A DNA stretch of 64,000 bases from the NCBI GenBank assembly GCA_033763315.1, contig JANRKS010000022.1:32001-96000 (forward strand). Reading direction: 5' to 3'. The notes under the pieces were generated by a model. It was not told where the DNA came from. It ran no database searches and saw nothing but the letters and a program-made list of their open reading frames with translations. Below, piece after piece: positions 28,143 to 37,684 of the stretch. The first letter of the stretch is position 1. Every line of letters begins with the position of its first letter. This DNA is from Deltaproteobacteria bacterium (GTDB lineage Bacteria > Myxococcota_A > Polyangia > Fen-1088). The translations under genes were made by a program, and so were the position numbers.

Positions 28143-30125
28143 ATGGAAATCGCGGGACAAAACGCCGAACTGCCGGAGATCAGGCGACGCACACGATACT
28201 TTGCATTGCTTGTGCTGTTGGTGTTCGGCGCTTTAGGCACACGGCTGTTCTTCCTGCAGGTGCTTGAAGGCGATTCGTTTTACCGCGTGACCGCCGACAG
28301 CGTGATCCGCACTGAAATTTTGCCCGCGTTGCGCGGCGAGATCCGCGACCACCGCGGCCGCGTGTTGGCTTCGACGCGACCGGCGTACAACGTTGAGGTG
28401 GTGCCGTCGCGCTTGGACCGCGCCACGTATACGCAACTGCTGAAGATATTGGCAGACCACGATGAAGATCTGCCAGACTGGGATACGTTTTTGGCGCGTG
28501 TGGGTGACAAGAAGGACCGCCCGTTCATTGTGGCCACCGATGTCTCGCGCGAGACGATGGCGCAATTGGAGACATCGATGGATAGCCGCGGCGTTACCGT
28601 GCGCACCGAGGCGCGGCGGTTTTATCCGAATGGCCCGCTGGCCGCGAACACGCTGGGGTACCTGAACGAAGTGTCGGCCGAAGAGCTGCGCACGCTGAAA
28701 GATGAAGGTTACCGCCCCGGCGATCTGGCGGGACGCACGGGGCTTGAAAAGCAGTGGGAGCCTTACCTGCGCGGGCGAAAGGGGTTGCGTAAATACGTGG
28801 TTCCCCGACGCGGCATCGACCCCAGCACAATTGCGATCTCAGATCTTGTGTCGGGCCCCACAGAAGTGGCGCCGGTGCCAGGCGAGAACCTTGTGCTCAC
28901 GCTGGATCTCGATGTGCAAAAGGCCGCCGAGCGATCGCTGGCGCAATACCGCGCGGCCGCCGCCGTTGTGTTGGATGTCAAGACGGGCCGCATCTTGGCG
29001 ATGGTGTCGCGGCCTGGCTACGATCCCAACTCGATGTCGGGCAGCTTGAGTTCAGAAGCGGCGGCGCGTTTGTTCAGCGATCCGTTTCGACCTCTGCGTG
29101 ACCGCTGCCTGAGTGACACGTTCAACCCCGGCTCCACGTTCAAGGCCATCTCTGCAATATCGGCGATAGAGGAAGGTGTGATCACCGCGGAAGAGCGCAC
29201 CAAGTGCTACCAGTTTGTGCAAGTGGGGCGCCGCCGCTTTCGTTGCACCAAAGCTCACGGCATCGTGAATTTGCAACAGGCCATCATTCAAAGCTGCAAC
29301 GTTTTCTTCTATGAGTTGGCCATGCGCCCCGGGATGATGGGGCACCTTTCGCATTACGCAGCGATGTTGGGCCTCGGCGTGCCCACAGGCCTCGGGCTCA
29401 ACGGCGAGCAGGCTGGCTTTGTGCCCACCGAAGAGTGGCACCGCCAACAAGAGCCAACGTCATCACAGCAAGGCTTCATGATCGGCCACGCGTTGAACAC
29501 GGCCATTGGCGAAGGCGCCACGCGCGTCACGCCGATGCAGATGGCCCTGGTTTACGCCACCATCGCGGCCGACGGCGTGCTGTGGTTGCCACAGATCATC
29601 GAACGCATCGAAACCAATGATGGCCGCGTGGTGGAGGAGTTCGAGCCACGCGTGCGCAGCCACCTGACGATCGGCGCCGACACTTTGAACATCGTGCGTA
29701 AGGCGCTGGTGGGCGTGGTGAACAACCCCAAAGGCACGGCCTACAAAGCGCGTTCAAACAAGGTGACCGTGGCAGGCAAAACCGGCACGGCGCAAGCCAA
29801 CCAGATGCGCAACGTCAAGACCGGTGAACTGCCACCGATCTATGCGCGCCAAGATCACGCGTGGTTCGCTGGGTTCGCGCCGGCTGAGGCTCCTCAGATT
29901 GCGTTTGCGGTGTTGGTGGAGCACGGCGGTCACGGCGGTGATGTGGCGGCGCCCGCGGCCATCGCGATCGCCGAACGATACATGGAACTCAAAGCGGAAC
30001 GCGAAGCCGCTGACAACAAGGTGCTGCCCGTGCGGCCCAGCGCCGCCCCCACCCCGCCCGCCGCAGCCGCTCCCAACGGTGCCACGGCCGCGGAAGGGCC
30101 ACCTCCGCGCCGGCTCTCACCCTGA
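28143..30125 (+). CDS. mrdA: Penicillin-binding protein 2
   Basis: RGEIRD..GRVLA dimerisation domain; transpeptidase motifs STFK, SCN, KTGT. Confidence 0.95.
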   Translation: MEIAGQNAELPEIRRRTRYFALLVLLVFGALGTRLFFLQVLEGDSFYRVTADSVIRTEILPALRGEIRDHRGRVLASTRPAYNVEVVPSRLDRATYTQLLKILADHDEDLPDWDTFLARVGDKKDRPFIVATDVSRETMAQLETSMDSRGVTVRTEARRFYPNGPLAANTLGYLNEVSAEELRTLKDEGYRPGDLAGRTGLEKQWEPYLRGRKGLRKYVVPRRGIDPSTIAISDLVSGPTEVAPVPGENLVLTLDLDVQKAAERSLAQYRAAAAVVLDVKTGRILAMVSRPGYDPNSMSGSLSSEAAARLFSDPFRPLRDRCLSDTFNPGSTFKAISAISAIEEGVITAEERTKCYQFVQVGRRRFRCTKAHGIVNLQQAIIQSCNVFFYELAMRPGMMGHLSHYAAMLGLGVPTGLGLNGEQAGFVPTEEWHRQQEPTSSQQGFMIGHALNTAIGEGATRVTPMQMALVYATIAADGVLWLPQIIERIETNDGRVVEEFEPRVRSHLTIGADTLNIVRKALVGVVNNPKGTAYKARSNKVTVAGKTGTAQANQMRNVKTGELPPIYARQDHAWFAGFAPAEAPQIAFAVLVEHGGHGGDVAAPAAIAIAERYMELKAEREAADNKVLPVRPSAAPTPPAAAAPNGATAAEGPPPRRLSP

Positions 30126-30134
30126 GGTTTCGTA

Positions 30135-31235
30135 ATGTTGAAAGTGTTCTCCTGGCGCAAGCTGGTGTTTCGGTTTGATTGGACCTTGGTGCTGGCCGTC
30201 ATGATGGTCATCTTCTTGGGGCTCGTGAACCTGTGGGGCTCCGTCAAAGATCAACAATACTTGTTGTTTGCGCGGCAGCTGTCGTGGCTGGGATTGGGCT
30301 TGCTGCTGTTCTTCGTGATCGCTTCAATCGATTACAGGATCATCGCACGATACGCGTATGTGCTTTACGGCATAGGCGCGTTGCTACTTGTTTCTGTGCT
30401 GATCGCGGGCAAAGTTGTGGCAGGCGCGCGACGCTGGTTTGATCTGGGGCCGTCGCACTTTCAGCCTTCTGAAATTATGAAGGTGGTTGTGATCTTGGCG
30501 GTGGGCAAATACCTCAACGACACGCCCTTGCAAGATGGCCGCACGTGGCAGCACCTGGCTGTACCGGCGGCGATCGTGGGTCTGCCTGTATTGTTGATCG
30601 CGGCGCAACCCGATCTCGGCACGGCGATGATGGTGCTCCTTATCTTCATGTCCGTGATGATCACGGCACGGCTCAAAGCCAAAACGATGTTGGGCTTGGG
30701 CGCGTTGGCGGCGCTCGCCATTGCACCGATCTGGGAGTACGGCCTGCATGATTACCAAAAAGGGCGCGTGCTGGCGTTCATCAATCCCAACCTGGATCCG
30801 GCGACGGCTTGGCAGCCACGCCAGGCGATGAACGCGGTGGGCTCGGGCCGCTTTATTGGCAAGGGTTTCTTGGAAGGATCGCAGATTCGCTTGCGCAACT
30901 TGCCAGCTTTGTGGACCGACTTCCCCTTCGCCGTCTGGGCCGAGGAATGGGGCTTTGTGGGCTGCGCCGTGGTTTTGTGCGCCTATGCGTTTTTGATATT
31001 GCGCGCACTGCGGGTGGCTTCCGAAGCGCGTGATCGCTTCGGCGCCGCTGTGTGCGTGGGCACCGCGGCCATTATCTTTTGGCAGGTGAGCGTGAACATC
31101 GGCATGGTTACAGGCGTGCTGCCCGTGGTGGGCGTGACCCTACCGTTGATCAGCTACGGCGGCTCCAGTGTGTTAACAGTGTTGGTGTCGCTGGGGCTGG
31201 TGATGAACGTTTCGGTTCGTCGTTACTCGTATTAG
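30135..31235 (+). CDS. rodA: SEDS peptidoglycan polymerase RodA
   Basis: RRWF, FQPSEIMK, QPDLGT, GSGRFIGKG, TDF.FAV..EEWG, GVTLPLISYGGSS. Confidence 0.95.
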   Translation: MLKVFSWRKLVFRFDWTLVLAVMMVIFLGLVNLWGSVKDQQYLLFARQLSWLGLGLLLFFVIASIDYRIIARYAYVLYGIGALLLVSVLIAGKVVAGARRWFDLGPSHFQPSEIMKVVVILAVGKYLNDTPLQDGRTWQHLAVPAAIVGLPVLLIAAQPDLGTAMMVLLIFMSVMITARLKAKTMLGLGALAALAIAPIWEYGLHDYQKGRVLAFINPNLDPATAWQPRQAMNAVGSGRFIGKGFLEGSQIRLRNLPALWTDFPFAVWAEEWGFVGCAVVLCAYAFLILRALRVASEARDRFGAAVCVGTAAIIFWQVSVNIGMVTGVLPVVGVTLPLISYGGSSVLTVLVSLGLVMNVSVRRYSY

Positions 31236-32431
31236 AACCAAGTGGTTGCCCCAAGGGTGAGCGTGTCTTGCGACCTTCGATTGGCGACGTACGGTACCAC
31301 GTTGCCAACGCCCGCCACGTTGGATCCAAAATAGATGTCGCCTCCTGCGTGATCATGCCGGAACTCGAGACGGAACGAGGCACGGTCGTGCGGCCGATAA
31401 TCGATCGTCGCGGTGCCTGACGAAACCCAAGCCGTGGGCCAGAAGATCGGCGATTCTCGGCCCTCGCCGTTTTGCGCGACGTCCTGCCGAAACGCATCGG
31501 CTCGCAACGCGAGGAAAAGGCGATCGACAAGGAGGATGCGGCCGTATATTGCACCCGCTGCCCAATGGCTTCCACCAAAGCGGGTGCGCTCGAAACCCCC
31601 ATTGGCGTGAACCATGGCAGACACGCGTGGGCTCACATGCCAGGTAAGATGTGCGTCCACCAAATGCCGCCACCCGCTGCCTTCTGACGCCGCCGGGGCG
31701 CGCTCGACGCCGCCGAAGTAAAGCAGCGACAAGATCACTTTCGGTTGCGTATAGGCCAGCTGCAACGAGAGTGATTTCTGACTGTTGTTGTCGACGACGG
31801 AATTCCAGCCGTTGTAAATCGCTGCGGTGGCCGCCCAAGCCTTTGACAAGGCGTACTGCAGCCGTACCCCTGTATGATAAAACGGCAGCCCATAGAACAG
31901 ATTTGAACGCGACCAGTTCCAATTGTCTCGCACGGCCATCGACTCTGGGCCTATGGGCGACAGGAAAACGCCAGCCGAAGCCGTGACCGCGTCGCCAAAG
32001 TGATACCCGACGTACGCCTGCTGAACGTACTTCCAAAGTTCGATGTTGGTGGCGTTGGCGCCATCGGCTCCCGCCAGCCTGGGCTCAGCCAAATAGTAGG
32101 TGGAAGGCGTGTGTCCCACTTGCAAGGTCAGACGTCCAACCAGTGCCGCTTCATCCCACGCCGCGTCCAGCGCCACGTTCGACAACGTGAAGCTATTGTG
32201 CCTGTTGTCGAAGCCACGAAAGTTGGTGATGCCATTGCTTGGGCGATTGAAGTTCCATTGGTAGAGCGCCTCGACGTAGCCACCAACGACGTAGTTAGGT
32301 TTGGGTGAGAGTTGGTTTTGATCATTTGCCATCTGCTGAGCGTGCAGGCGACCGCTGCACAGGGCGAAGCAAAGGCCTGTCACGATCGTTGAATAACGAG
32401 TTTGAAGCCTGAACAATGAAGACTTGGTCAT
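31232..32431 (-). CDS. Putative outer-membrane beta-barrel porin (BBP2/DUF1597-like)
   Basis: Signal peptide; GYVEALYQWNFNRP, QQAY, GVFLSPIGPES..RDNWNWSRS...PFYHTG, NGWN, RLEFRHD; C-terminal Phe. Confidence 0.75.
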   Translation of the reverse strand: MTKSSLFRLQTRYSTIVTGLCFALCSGRLHAQQMANDQNQLSPKPNYVVGGYVEALYQWNFNRPSNGITNFRGFDNRHNSFTLSNVALDAAWDEAALVGRLTLQVGHTPSTYYLAEPRLAGADGANATNIELWKYVQQAYVGYHFGDAVTASAGVFLSPIGPESMAVRDNWNWSRSNLFYGLPFYHTGVRLQYALSKAWAATAAIYNGWNSVVDNNSQKSLSLQLAYTQPKVILSLLYFGGVERAPAASEGSGWRHLVDAHLTWHVSPRVSAMVHANGGFERTRFGGSHWAAGAIYGRILLVDRLFLALRADAFRQDVAQNGEGRESPIFWPTAWVSSGTATIDYRPHDRASFRLEFRHDHAGGDIYFGSNVAGVGNVVPYVANRRSQDTLTLGATTWF

Positions 32432-32524
32432 GACACTCACTTTTGCAAAGGGTGTTCCGCTCGCAAGCGCCTTACGCTGGGCCCTGCCACCCATGCTGCC
32501 CTGTGTTTTGCAGGGTATGCACGG

Positions 32525-34399
32525 TCATACCGTTGCGGTCGGCACCTTGAACCAAAAGCACGTCCCCTCAGCCGGTTGGCTTCGAACACCTATGGACCCA
32601 CCGTGGGCCTGCACAATTCCCTTGGCTATGAAAAGCCCGAGGCCCGAGCCTCCCTCGGGACTGCCTGGCACCCGGTAAAATTTTTCGAAGAGGCCAGCTT
32701 GGTGAGCCACCGGAATCCCGGGACCAGCGTCGATGATCTCGAACATCACGCAGGTAGGAGGCTTAGAACGATGATCTTCGAACGGCACCTCTGGCTGTTC
32801 CGCAGAAACCCGCACGATGACGCTCGAACCTGCCGGAGAATAGCGAATGGCATTGCTGAGAATGTTTGTGAACACCAAGGCGATGCGATCAACGTCGACG
32901 AATACCTCCGGCAAGCCGGGCGGTATCTCCGCTGCAAGTTTGACATTGGCGTGTTCAGCAGCAGAACGGTGAACATCCAGGGCCATACTTACGAGCCCCT
33001 CAGGTTCTATGTTGCGCCGCTGAAGATCGATGTGTCCAGATTCGAGACGCGCCAAATTTAATAAGTCGTCGACGATGGTCTGAAGGCGTTCGCAATCTTC
33101 GCGTGCCGCAAACAGCAAGTCGGCTTGATTTGGCGTCAAGGGCCCCACCGTCTCTTCGGTGCAAAGGTGCAAGCTCATGCGCAGGGAAGTCAACGGTGTC
33201 CGAAACTCGTGCGCCACAGTGGCCACAACGTTGTTCTTGAGCTCATCGAAGCGGAACAGGCGCGTGGCGTCCTGCAAAACGATGGCCGCGCCGACGATGC
33301 TGCCAGTGTCGCCGTATATCGGGGAGCCGCGCGGCAAGAAAATGCGTTCGCCGTCGGTGGTTTTTGCAACCCGTATCGCGTCCTCGAACCCGCGGGGAAT
33401 ATAGGCCCCCTTGCCCGAGAAAACGTGCACGCGCAGCCTATCAACCACCGCCTGCACGCGTGGGTCGACGTCTGCCAGCAGGCCGGCGTCACCACCCTCG
33501 TTTGATAGAGACAGCAGCTGCACTGCCGCTTGATTGACGACCTGGGGGCGTCCTTGTTGGTCAAGTATCACCACAGGGTCGGGCAGGCCGTCGATCGCAG
33601 CCTGCGCCGCATGTTGCGCCGCCAGCAGTTCCCCCAGTGAGCTGGCACGATACTGTGCCAAGCGGTCCGCCATGCTATTGAACTCCTTCGCCAAGACCAC
33701 AATTTCGTCGTTGCCTACGACATCTGCCCGAGCCTTCAGATCGCCCTGCCCGAATCTACGCACGGCGGCCGTCACAACACCCAACGGACGCAAAGATCTT
33801 GTCGTGAGCCAAGCTGAAGCCATGAGGCCTAAAATCAGAGCCGACAACACCACGAGCACGACAAGCTGCTCGAAGCGTTCGGCACTTTGTTCGGCGCGGC
33901 TGCTCTTGCGCACCATCGCGTCTTGGTTCACGGCCAAGATGTCGTCACACAAACGCTTGATAAGTTCCAACTTCGGCGCCAGCCTTTTCAGGTAATGGAC
34001 ATCGCGCGCGTCTGGATCCGCGAGCGCATCGAACGTCTGTAGGTCGTTTGTGAATTCAGTCCACGCCGCACGCACCTGCGCCACAGCTAAACCTTCCCCG
34101 GGCTCTGTTATGTTGCCCTCCTCGACGACCAATTCTCGTTCGAAGGCAGCACGGTGGTCCGAGGGTTGAGTGACGTGAAGATGGGCGCGTCTCGTAAGCT
34201 TGACCAGCGACAAACCGCCCAGCCGCTCAATCGCCTCCTTCATGCGTTGCACCGCCAGAACGCTGCGGTAATTGTCAGCAAGGATAAGGCGGGTGTTATC
34301 TCCGAGCCGCAGGGTCACAAAGGCTGACACTGTTCCGACAACGATTAAAGCGATCGCCAAGGGCGCTTGTGCCAGAACCAACTTGAGTCGCAGTTTCAT
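32525..34399 (-). CDS. Membrane sensor histidine kinase (2 TM, HAMP, PAS-like, HisKA, HATPase); KinB-like
   Basis: ILADNYRSV periplasmic motif; HAMP DEIVVLAKEFNSMA; H-box AHEFRTPLT; NILSNAIRYS, DAGPGI, GSGLGLFI. Confidence 0.92.
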   Translation of the reverse strand: MKLRLKLVLAQAPLAIALIVVGTVSAFVTLRLGDNTRLILADNYRSVLAVQRMKEAIERLGGLSLVKLTRRAHLHVTQPSDHRAAFERELVVEEGNITEPGEGLAVAQVRAAWTEFTNDLQTFDALADPDARDVHYLKRLAPKLELIKRLCDDILAVNQDAMVRKSSRAEQSAERFEQLVVLVVLSALILGLMASAWLTTRSLRPLGVVTAAVRRFGQGDLKARADVVGNDEIVVLAKEFNSMADRLAQYRASSLGELLAAQHAAQAAIDGLPDPVVILDQQGRPQVVNQAAVQLLSLSNEGGDAGLLADVDPRVQAVVDRLRVHVFSGKGAYIPRGFEDAIRVAKTTDGERIFLPRGSPIYGDTGSIVGAAIVLQDATRLFRFDELKNNVVATVAHEFRTPLTSLRMSLHLCTEETVGPLTPNQADLLFAAREDCERLQTIVDDLLNLARLESGHIDLQRRNIEPEGLVSMALDVHRSAAEHANVKLAAEIPPGLPEVFVDVDRIALVFTNILSNAIRYSPAGSSVIVRVSAEQPEVPFEDHRSKPPTCVMFEIIDAGPGIPVAHQAGLFEKFYRVPGSPEGGSGLGLFIAKGIVQAHGGSIGVRSQPAEGTCFWFKVPTATV

Positions 34400-35553
34400 T
34401 TTTCCTCCTCGACTCGTGTCGCCATAACGTGAACGTCCAATCCATTCGCCTCCCGCACCAGGCGCAGGGGAACAGAGAGGCCCAACACCTGCTTCCAGGC
34501 TGCTTGATGCGACCGCCCGACCACGATGTGACCCACGCTGTGTGAGCGGGCGAAATCAATCAACGCGGCCACCGGATTCTTGTTGTGTAGACGTACAACC
34601 TCAGCGCCTAGCTCGCGGGCAAGTTCTGTGTTTTCCATCAACCGCCTCTGCGCTTCTGAATCAATCTGGGTTGGCGACTCTTGTGGCGTTTCAACGAACA
34701 CGGCAAACCAGTCCGTGCTCAACCGACCGGCCAAGCGCGAACCTTTGCGCACAAGTTGTGCGCCCCAAGGCGAACCTGACGCCAGGCACACCATGACGCG
34801 CGATCCTGGGGCATCCTGTCGCGGCTTAGCCGTGCTCGGCGCGGGTCGAAGTGAGGCACGCTCTAGGCTCTCGGCCACTTCGCGCAGCGCAAGTTCGCGC
34901 AAATGAGCCAAATTTTTTTCGTTGAAGAAGTTTCCCAACGCCGCCGAAATCTTATCCTGGGCGTAGATCTTTCCGGCTTGCAGGCGCTGAAGCAAGTCCT
35001 CTACGGCGAGGTCAAGATTCACCGTCTGATCGGCTTGCTTAAGAAAGCTATCCGGGATGGTTTCGCGTATCACTGTGCCCGTGAGTCGCTCGACTAGATC
35101 CTTTAGGCTTTCAAGATGCTGAACGTTGAAAGCGCCGATCACGTTGATGCCGGCGTCCATAAGTTCGAGCACATCTTGATATCGTTTGCGGTTTCGGCTC
35201 CCTGGCACATTTGTGTGGGCCAGTTCGTCAACAATGGCCACGGCAGGATTCCGCTTGAGAATGTTGTTCAGGCTCATTTCCTCGAACGGCACGCCTCGAT
35301 GTTCCATCTGGCGTCGCGGCACCACCTCCAGGCCTTCGAGCTTGCGTTCTGTATCCACCCGGCCGTGCGTCTCGACGAACCCAACCACGGCATCCACGCC
35401 CCGAGCGCGCAAGGCATGCACTTCTTCCAGCATGCGATAGGTCTTGCCAACGCCAGCCGCAAAGCCGATGTAGAGCTTCAACTTGCCGCGCTTGCCTCGT
35501 TCCACCAACTCGAGGAAATCCTCGGGGCGGGCGCGTTCCTGTCCTTGAGCCAT
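34396..35553 (-). CDS. kdpD: Stand-alone KdpD N-terminal sensor domain plus Usp domain (no TM or kinase part)
   Basis: GKLKLYIGFAAGVGKTYRML, VETHGR, VDELAHTNVPGSRNRKRYQDV, NVQHLESL, LRELALREVA; Usp tail with HIVVGRS. Confidence 0.88.
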   Translation of the reverse strand: MAQGQERARPEDFLELVERGKRGKLKLYIGFAAGVGKTYRMLEEVHALRARGVDAVVGFVETHGRVDTERKLEGLEVVPRRQMEHRGVPFEEMSLNNILKRNPAVAIVDELAHTNVPGSRNRKRYQDVLELMDAGINVIGAFNVQHLESLKDLVERLTGTVIRETIPDSFLKQADQTVNLDLAVEDLLQRLQAGKIYAQDKISAALGNFFNEKNLAHLRELALREVAESLERASLRPAPSTAKPRQDAPGSRVMVCLASGSPWGAQLVRKGSRLAGRLSTDWFAVFVETPQESPTQIDSEAQRRLMENTELARELGAEVVRLHNKNPVAALIDFARSHSVGHIVVGRSHQAAWKQVLGLSVPLRLVREANGLDVHVMATRVEEEK

Positions 35554-35636
35554 AGCCACGAAGCTGGTCTGTAAGCGACGAAAGTTCAAGCTCTGCCTGC
35601 GGTTACGTGCGCGTTTGGCGACGCTTTTTTTGTGCT

Positions 35637-35682
35637 CCTGCGAAACGCAACGGTTAAGGGAATCGTTCCTGCATTTTGCAGG
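35637..35682. promoter_or_regulatory. Tandem palindromes; candidate enhancer for the sigma54 activator
   Basis: TGCG-AAA-CGCA (35639-35649) and CCTGCA-TTT-TGCAGG (35668-35682); centres 31 bp apart. Confidence 0.5.
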
Positions 35683-35721
35683 GAGGCGAGTGGGTGGCCC
35701 CGCTGCGCGCGGGGGCTTTCA

Positions 35722-35739
35722 TCGGCATGGTTCTGGCAT
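35722..35739 (+). promoter_or_regulatory. Putative sigma54 (-24/-12) promoter of the kdp operon
   Basis: TCGGCATGGTTCTGGCAT: GG (35724-25) and GC (35736-37) separated by exactly 10 nt; a sigma54 activator is encoded at the end of the operon. Confidence 0.6.
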
Positions 35740-35750
35740 AAGGGGACAGC

Positions 35751-35834
35751 ATGACCGACTTCATCTTTGTTTTGGCCACGATGGCTTTCTTCGCCTTGAC
35801 GATGGCCTACGCCAACGCCTGCAAAAACTTATGA
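35751..35834 (+). CDS. 27-aa hydrophobic peptide upstream of kdpF
   Basis: MTDFIFVLATMAFFALTMAYANACKNL; single TM-like stretch; below the ORF-track cut-off. Confidence 0.6.
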   Translation: MTDFIFVLATMAFFALTMAYANACKNL

Positions 35835-35865
35835 ACCCCAACGTCCAGATCAACGGAGAGCCGCG

Positions 35866-35955
35866 ATGATTCTTGATTACGTCCTAGGTGGCACGGTGTC
35901 TTTGTGCCTGCTTGTGTATCTCGTATACGCGCTTTTGCGCCCTGAGCGCTTTTAA
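35866..35955 (+). CDS. kdpF: K+-transporting ATPase subunit F
   Basis: MILDYVLGGTVSLCLLVYLVYALLRPERF carries the YLxYALxxPExF signature; GGAGAG RBS; directly before kdpA. Confidence 0.9.
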   Translation: MILDYVLGGTVSLCLLVYLVYALLRPERF

Positions 35956-35966
35956 GGAGACCGACG

Positions 35967-37682
35967 ATGACCCTATCGGGATGGTTGCAGATCTTCGTTA
36001 TTTTTCTTGCGGTTTTGGCCGTCACCAAACCGCTTGGCGCTTTCATGTTCCGCGTGTTCGAGTCTCCAAATCGACCGGCGCCGAGGACGCTGGGTCGAAT
36101 CGAGGGCATTCTTCTTCGCCTGTGCGGCGTGCCGGCAACGGCCACCCAAAGTTGGAAAGCTTATGGGGCCACGCTGTTCGCCTTTAGCTTCCTCGGCATG
36201 TTGGTCACATACGCACTTCTGCGGTTCCAGCACGCGCTGCCGCTAAACCCACAGGGCTTCGCGGCCACGTCCGAGCACTTGGCCTTCAACACCGCCGCAA
36301 GTTTTCTTTCCAACACCAACTGGCAGTCGTACAGCGGCGAGTCCACCATGAGCTACCTGTCACAGATGATGGCGCTCGCGTGGCACAACTTCACATCAGC
36401 GGGCGCCGGCATTGGCGTGGCGTTGGTGCTGGCGCGAGGACTTACGCGCAAAGCGGGAGCAGAATCTGGCGTGGGCCACTTCGTGGTCGACCTCATTCGC
36501 GCGCTGGTTTATGTGCTTTTGCCGTTGTCGATCGTTTTTTGCCTCGCGTTCATATCGCAAGGTGTGATCCAGAACTTCTCTCCCTACCTAACGGTACACA
36601 CGCTGCAGGGTGCAGAACAGACGCTGGCCATGGGCCCGGTGGCTTCTCAGGAAGTCATAAAGCAGCTTGGCACCAACGGCGGCGGCTTCTTCAACGCCAA
36701 TAGCGCCCACCCGTTTGAGAACCCCAACGGCATCATCAATTTCCTGCAGATGTTCCTCATCTTCTGCATTCCCGCGGGCTTGACTTATACCTTTGGTCGC
36801 ATGGCCAAAGATCAGAAGCAGGGCTGGGCTTTGTTTGGCGCAATGTCAGCGTTGTTCTTGGTGGGTGTGGCGGTTTCGTATTACAGCGAAAGCGGCGCCA
36901 ACCCTGCGTTGGCCAACCTTAGCCTCGATCATGCGGCCGGGAATATGGAAGGCAAAGAAGTGCGCTTCGGCATCGCAAATTCGGCGCTGTTTGCCACCGT
37001 CACCACCGATGCCTCATGCGGTGCCGTGAACGCCATGCATGACAGCTTCACACCATTGGGCGGCATGGTGCCGCTTGTGAACATGATGTTGGGCGAAGTG
37101 ATTTTTGGCGGTGTGGGAGCTGGCCTTTACGGCATGCTGATCATGGTGCTGCTTTCCGTGTTTATCGCGGGCCTAATGGTGGGCAGGACGCCGGAATACT
37201 TGGGCAAGAAGATCGAAGCGGCCGAGATGAAAGCGGTCATGCTGTACGCGCTGATCTTCCCCATGGTGATTCTTGGCTTTGCTGGCTGGGCCGCCGTATC
37301 TCAGTGGGGAACAGGCGCACTAAACAACGCCGGGCCCCATGGCCTATCTGAGATTCTCTACGCGTACACCAGCGCCACGGCTAACAATGGTTCAGCGTTC
37401 GCGGGCTTAAGCGCCAACGTGCCGCATTGGAACACGACGCTTGCTTTCGCGATGTTGTTTGGCCGCTTTCTCATGATTGTGCCCGTGTTGGCGATTGGGG
37501 GATCGATGTTGGGCAAGCGCGTGGTGGCACCGGGGCTTGGCACGTTCCCCACCGGCGGTGGGCTTTTTGCGGCCCTGCTGGTTGCCGTGGTGGTTGTGGT
37601 GGGCGCCTTGACGTTCTTCCCCGCGCTGACCCTTGGGCCCATCGTTGAGCATTTTCTTGCGGCTTCCGGAAAGGTTTTTTAG
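35967..37682 (+). CDS. kdpA: K+-transporting ATPase subunit A
   Basis: [70 protein letters not shown]. Confidence 0.97.
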   Translation: MTLSGWLQIFVIFLAVLAVTKPLGAFMFRVFESPNRPAPRTLGRIEGILLRLCGVPATATQSWKAYGATLFAFSFLGMLVTYALLRFQHALPLNPQGFAATSEHLAFNTAASFLSNTNWQSYSGESTMSYLSQMMALAWHNFTSAGAGIGVALVLARGLTRKAGAESGVGHFVVDLIRALVYVLLPLSIVFCLAFISQGVIQNFSPYLTVHTLQGAEQTLAMGPVASQEVIKQLGTNGGGFFNANSAHPFENPNGIINFLQMFLIFCIPAGLTYTFGRMAKDQKQGWALFGAMSALFLVGVAVSYYSESGANPALANLSLDHAAGNMEGKEVRFGIANSALFATVTTDASCGAVNAMHDSFTPLGGMVPLVNMMLGEVIFGGVGAGLYGMLIMVLLSVFIAGLMVGRTPEYLGKKIEAAEMKAVMLYALIFPMVILGFAGWAAVSQWGTGALNNAGPHGLSEILYAYTSATANNGSAFAGLSANVPHWNTTLAFAMLFGRFLMIVPVLAIGGSMLGKRVVAPGLGTFPTGGGLFAALLVAVVVVVGALTFFPALTLGPIVEHFLAASGKVF

Positions 37683-37684
37683 TT

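Noticed and set aside
34396-35553. kdpD as a frameshifted pseudogene
   Set aside because: The next gene starts with its own ATG in a 4-nt overlap and has a different TM-periplasmic-HAMP architecture, so this is a natural split.
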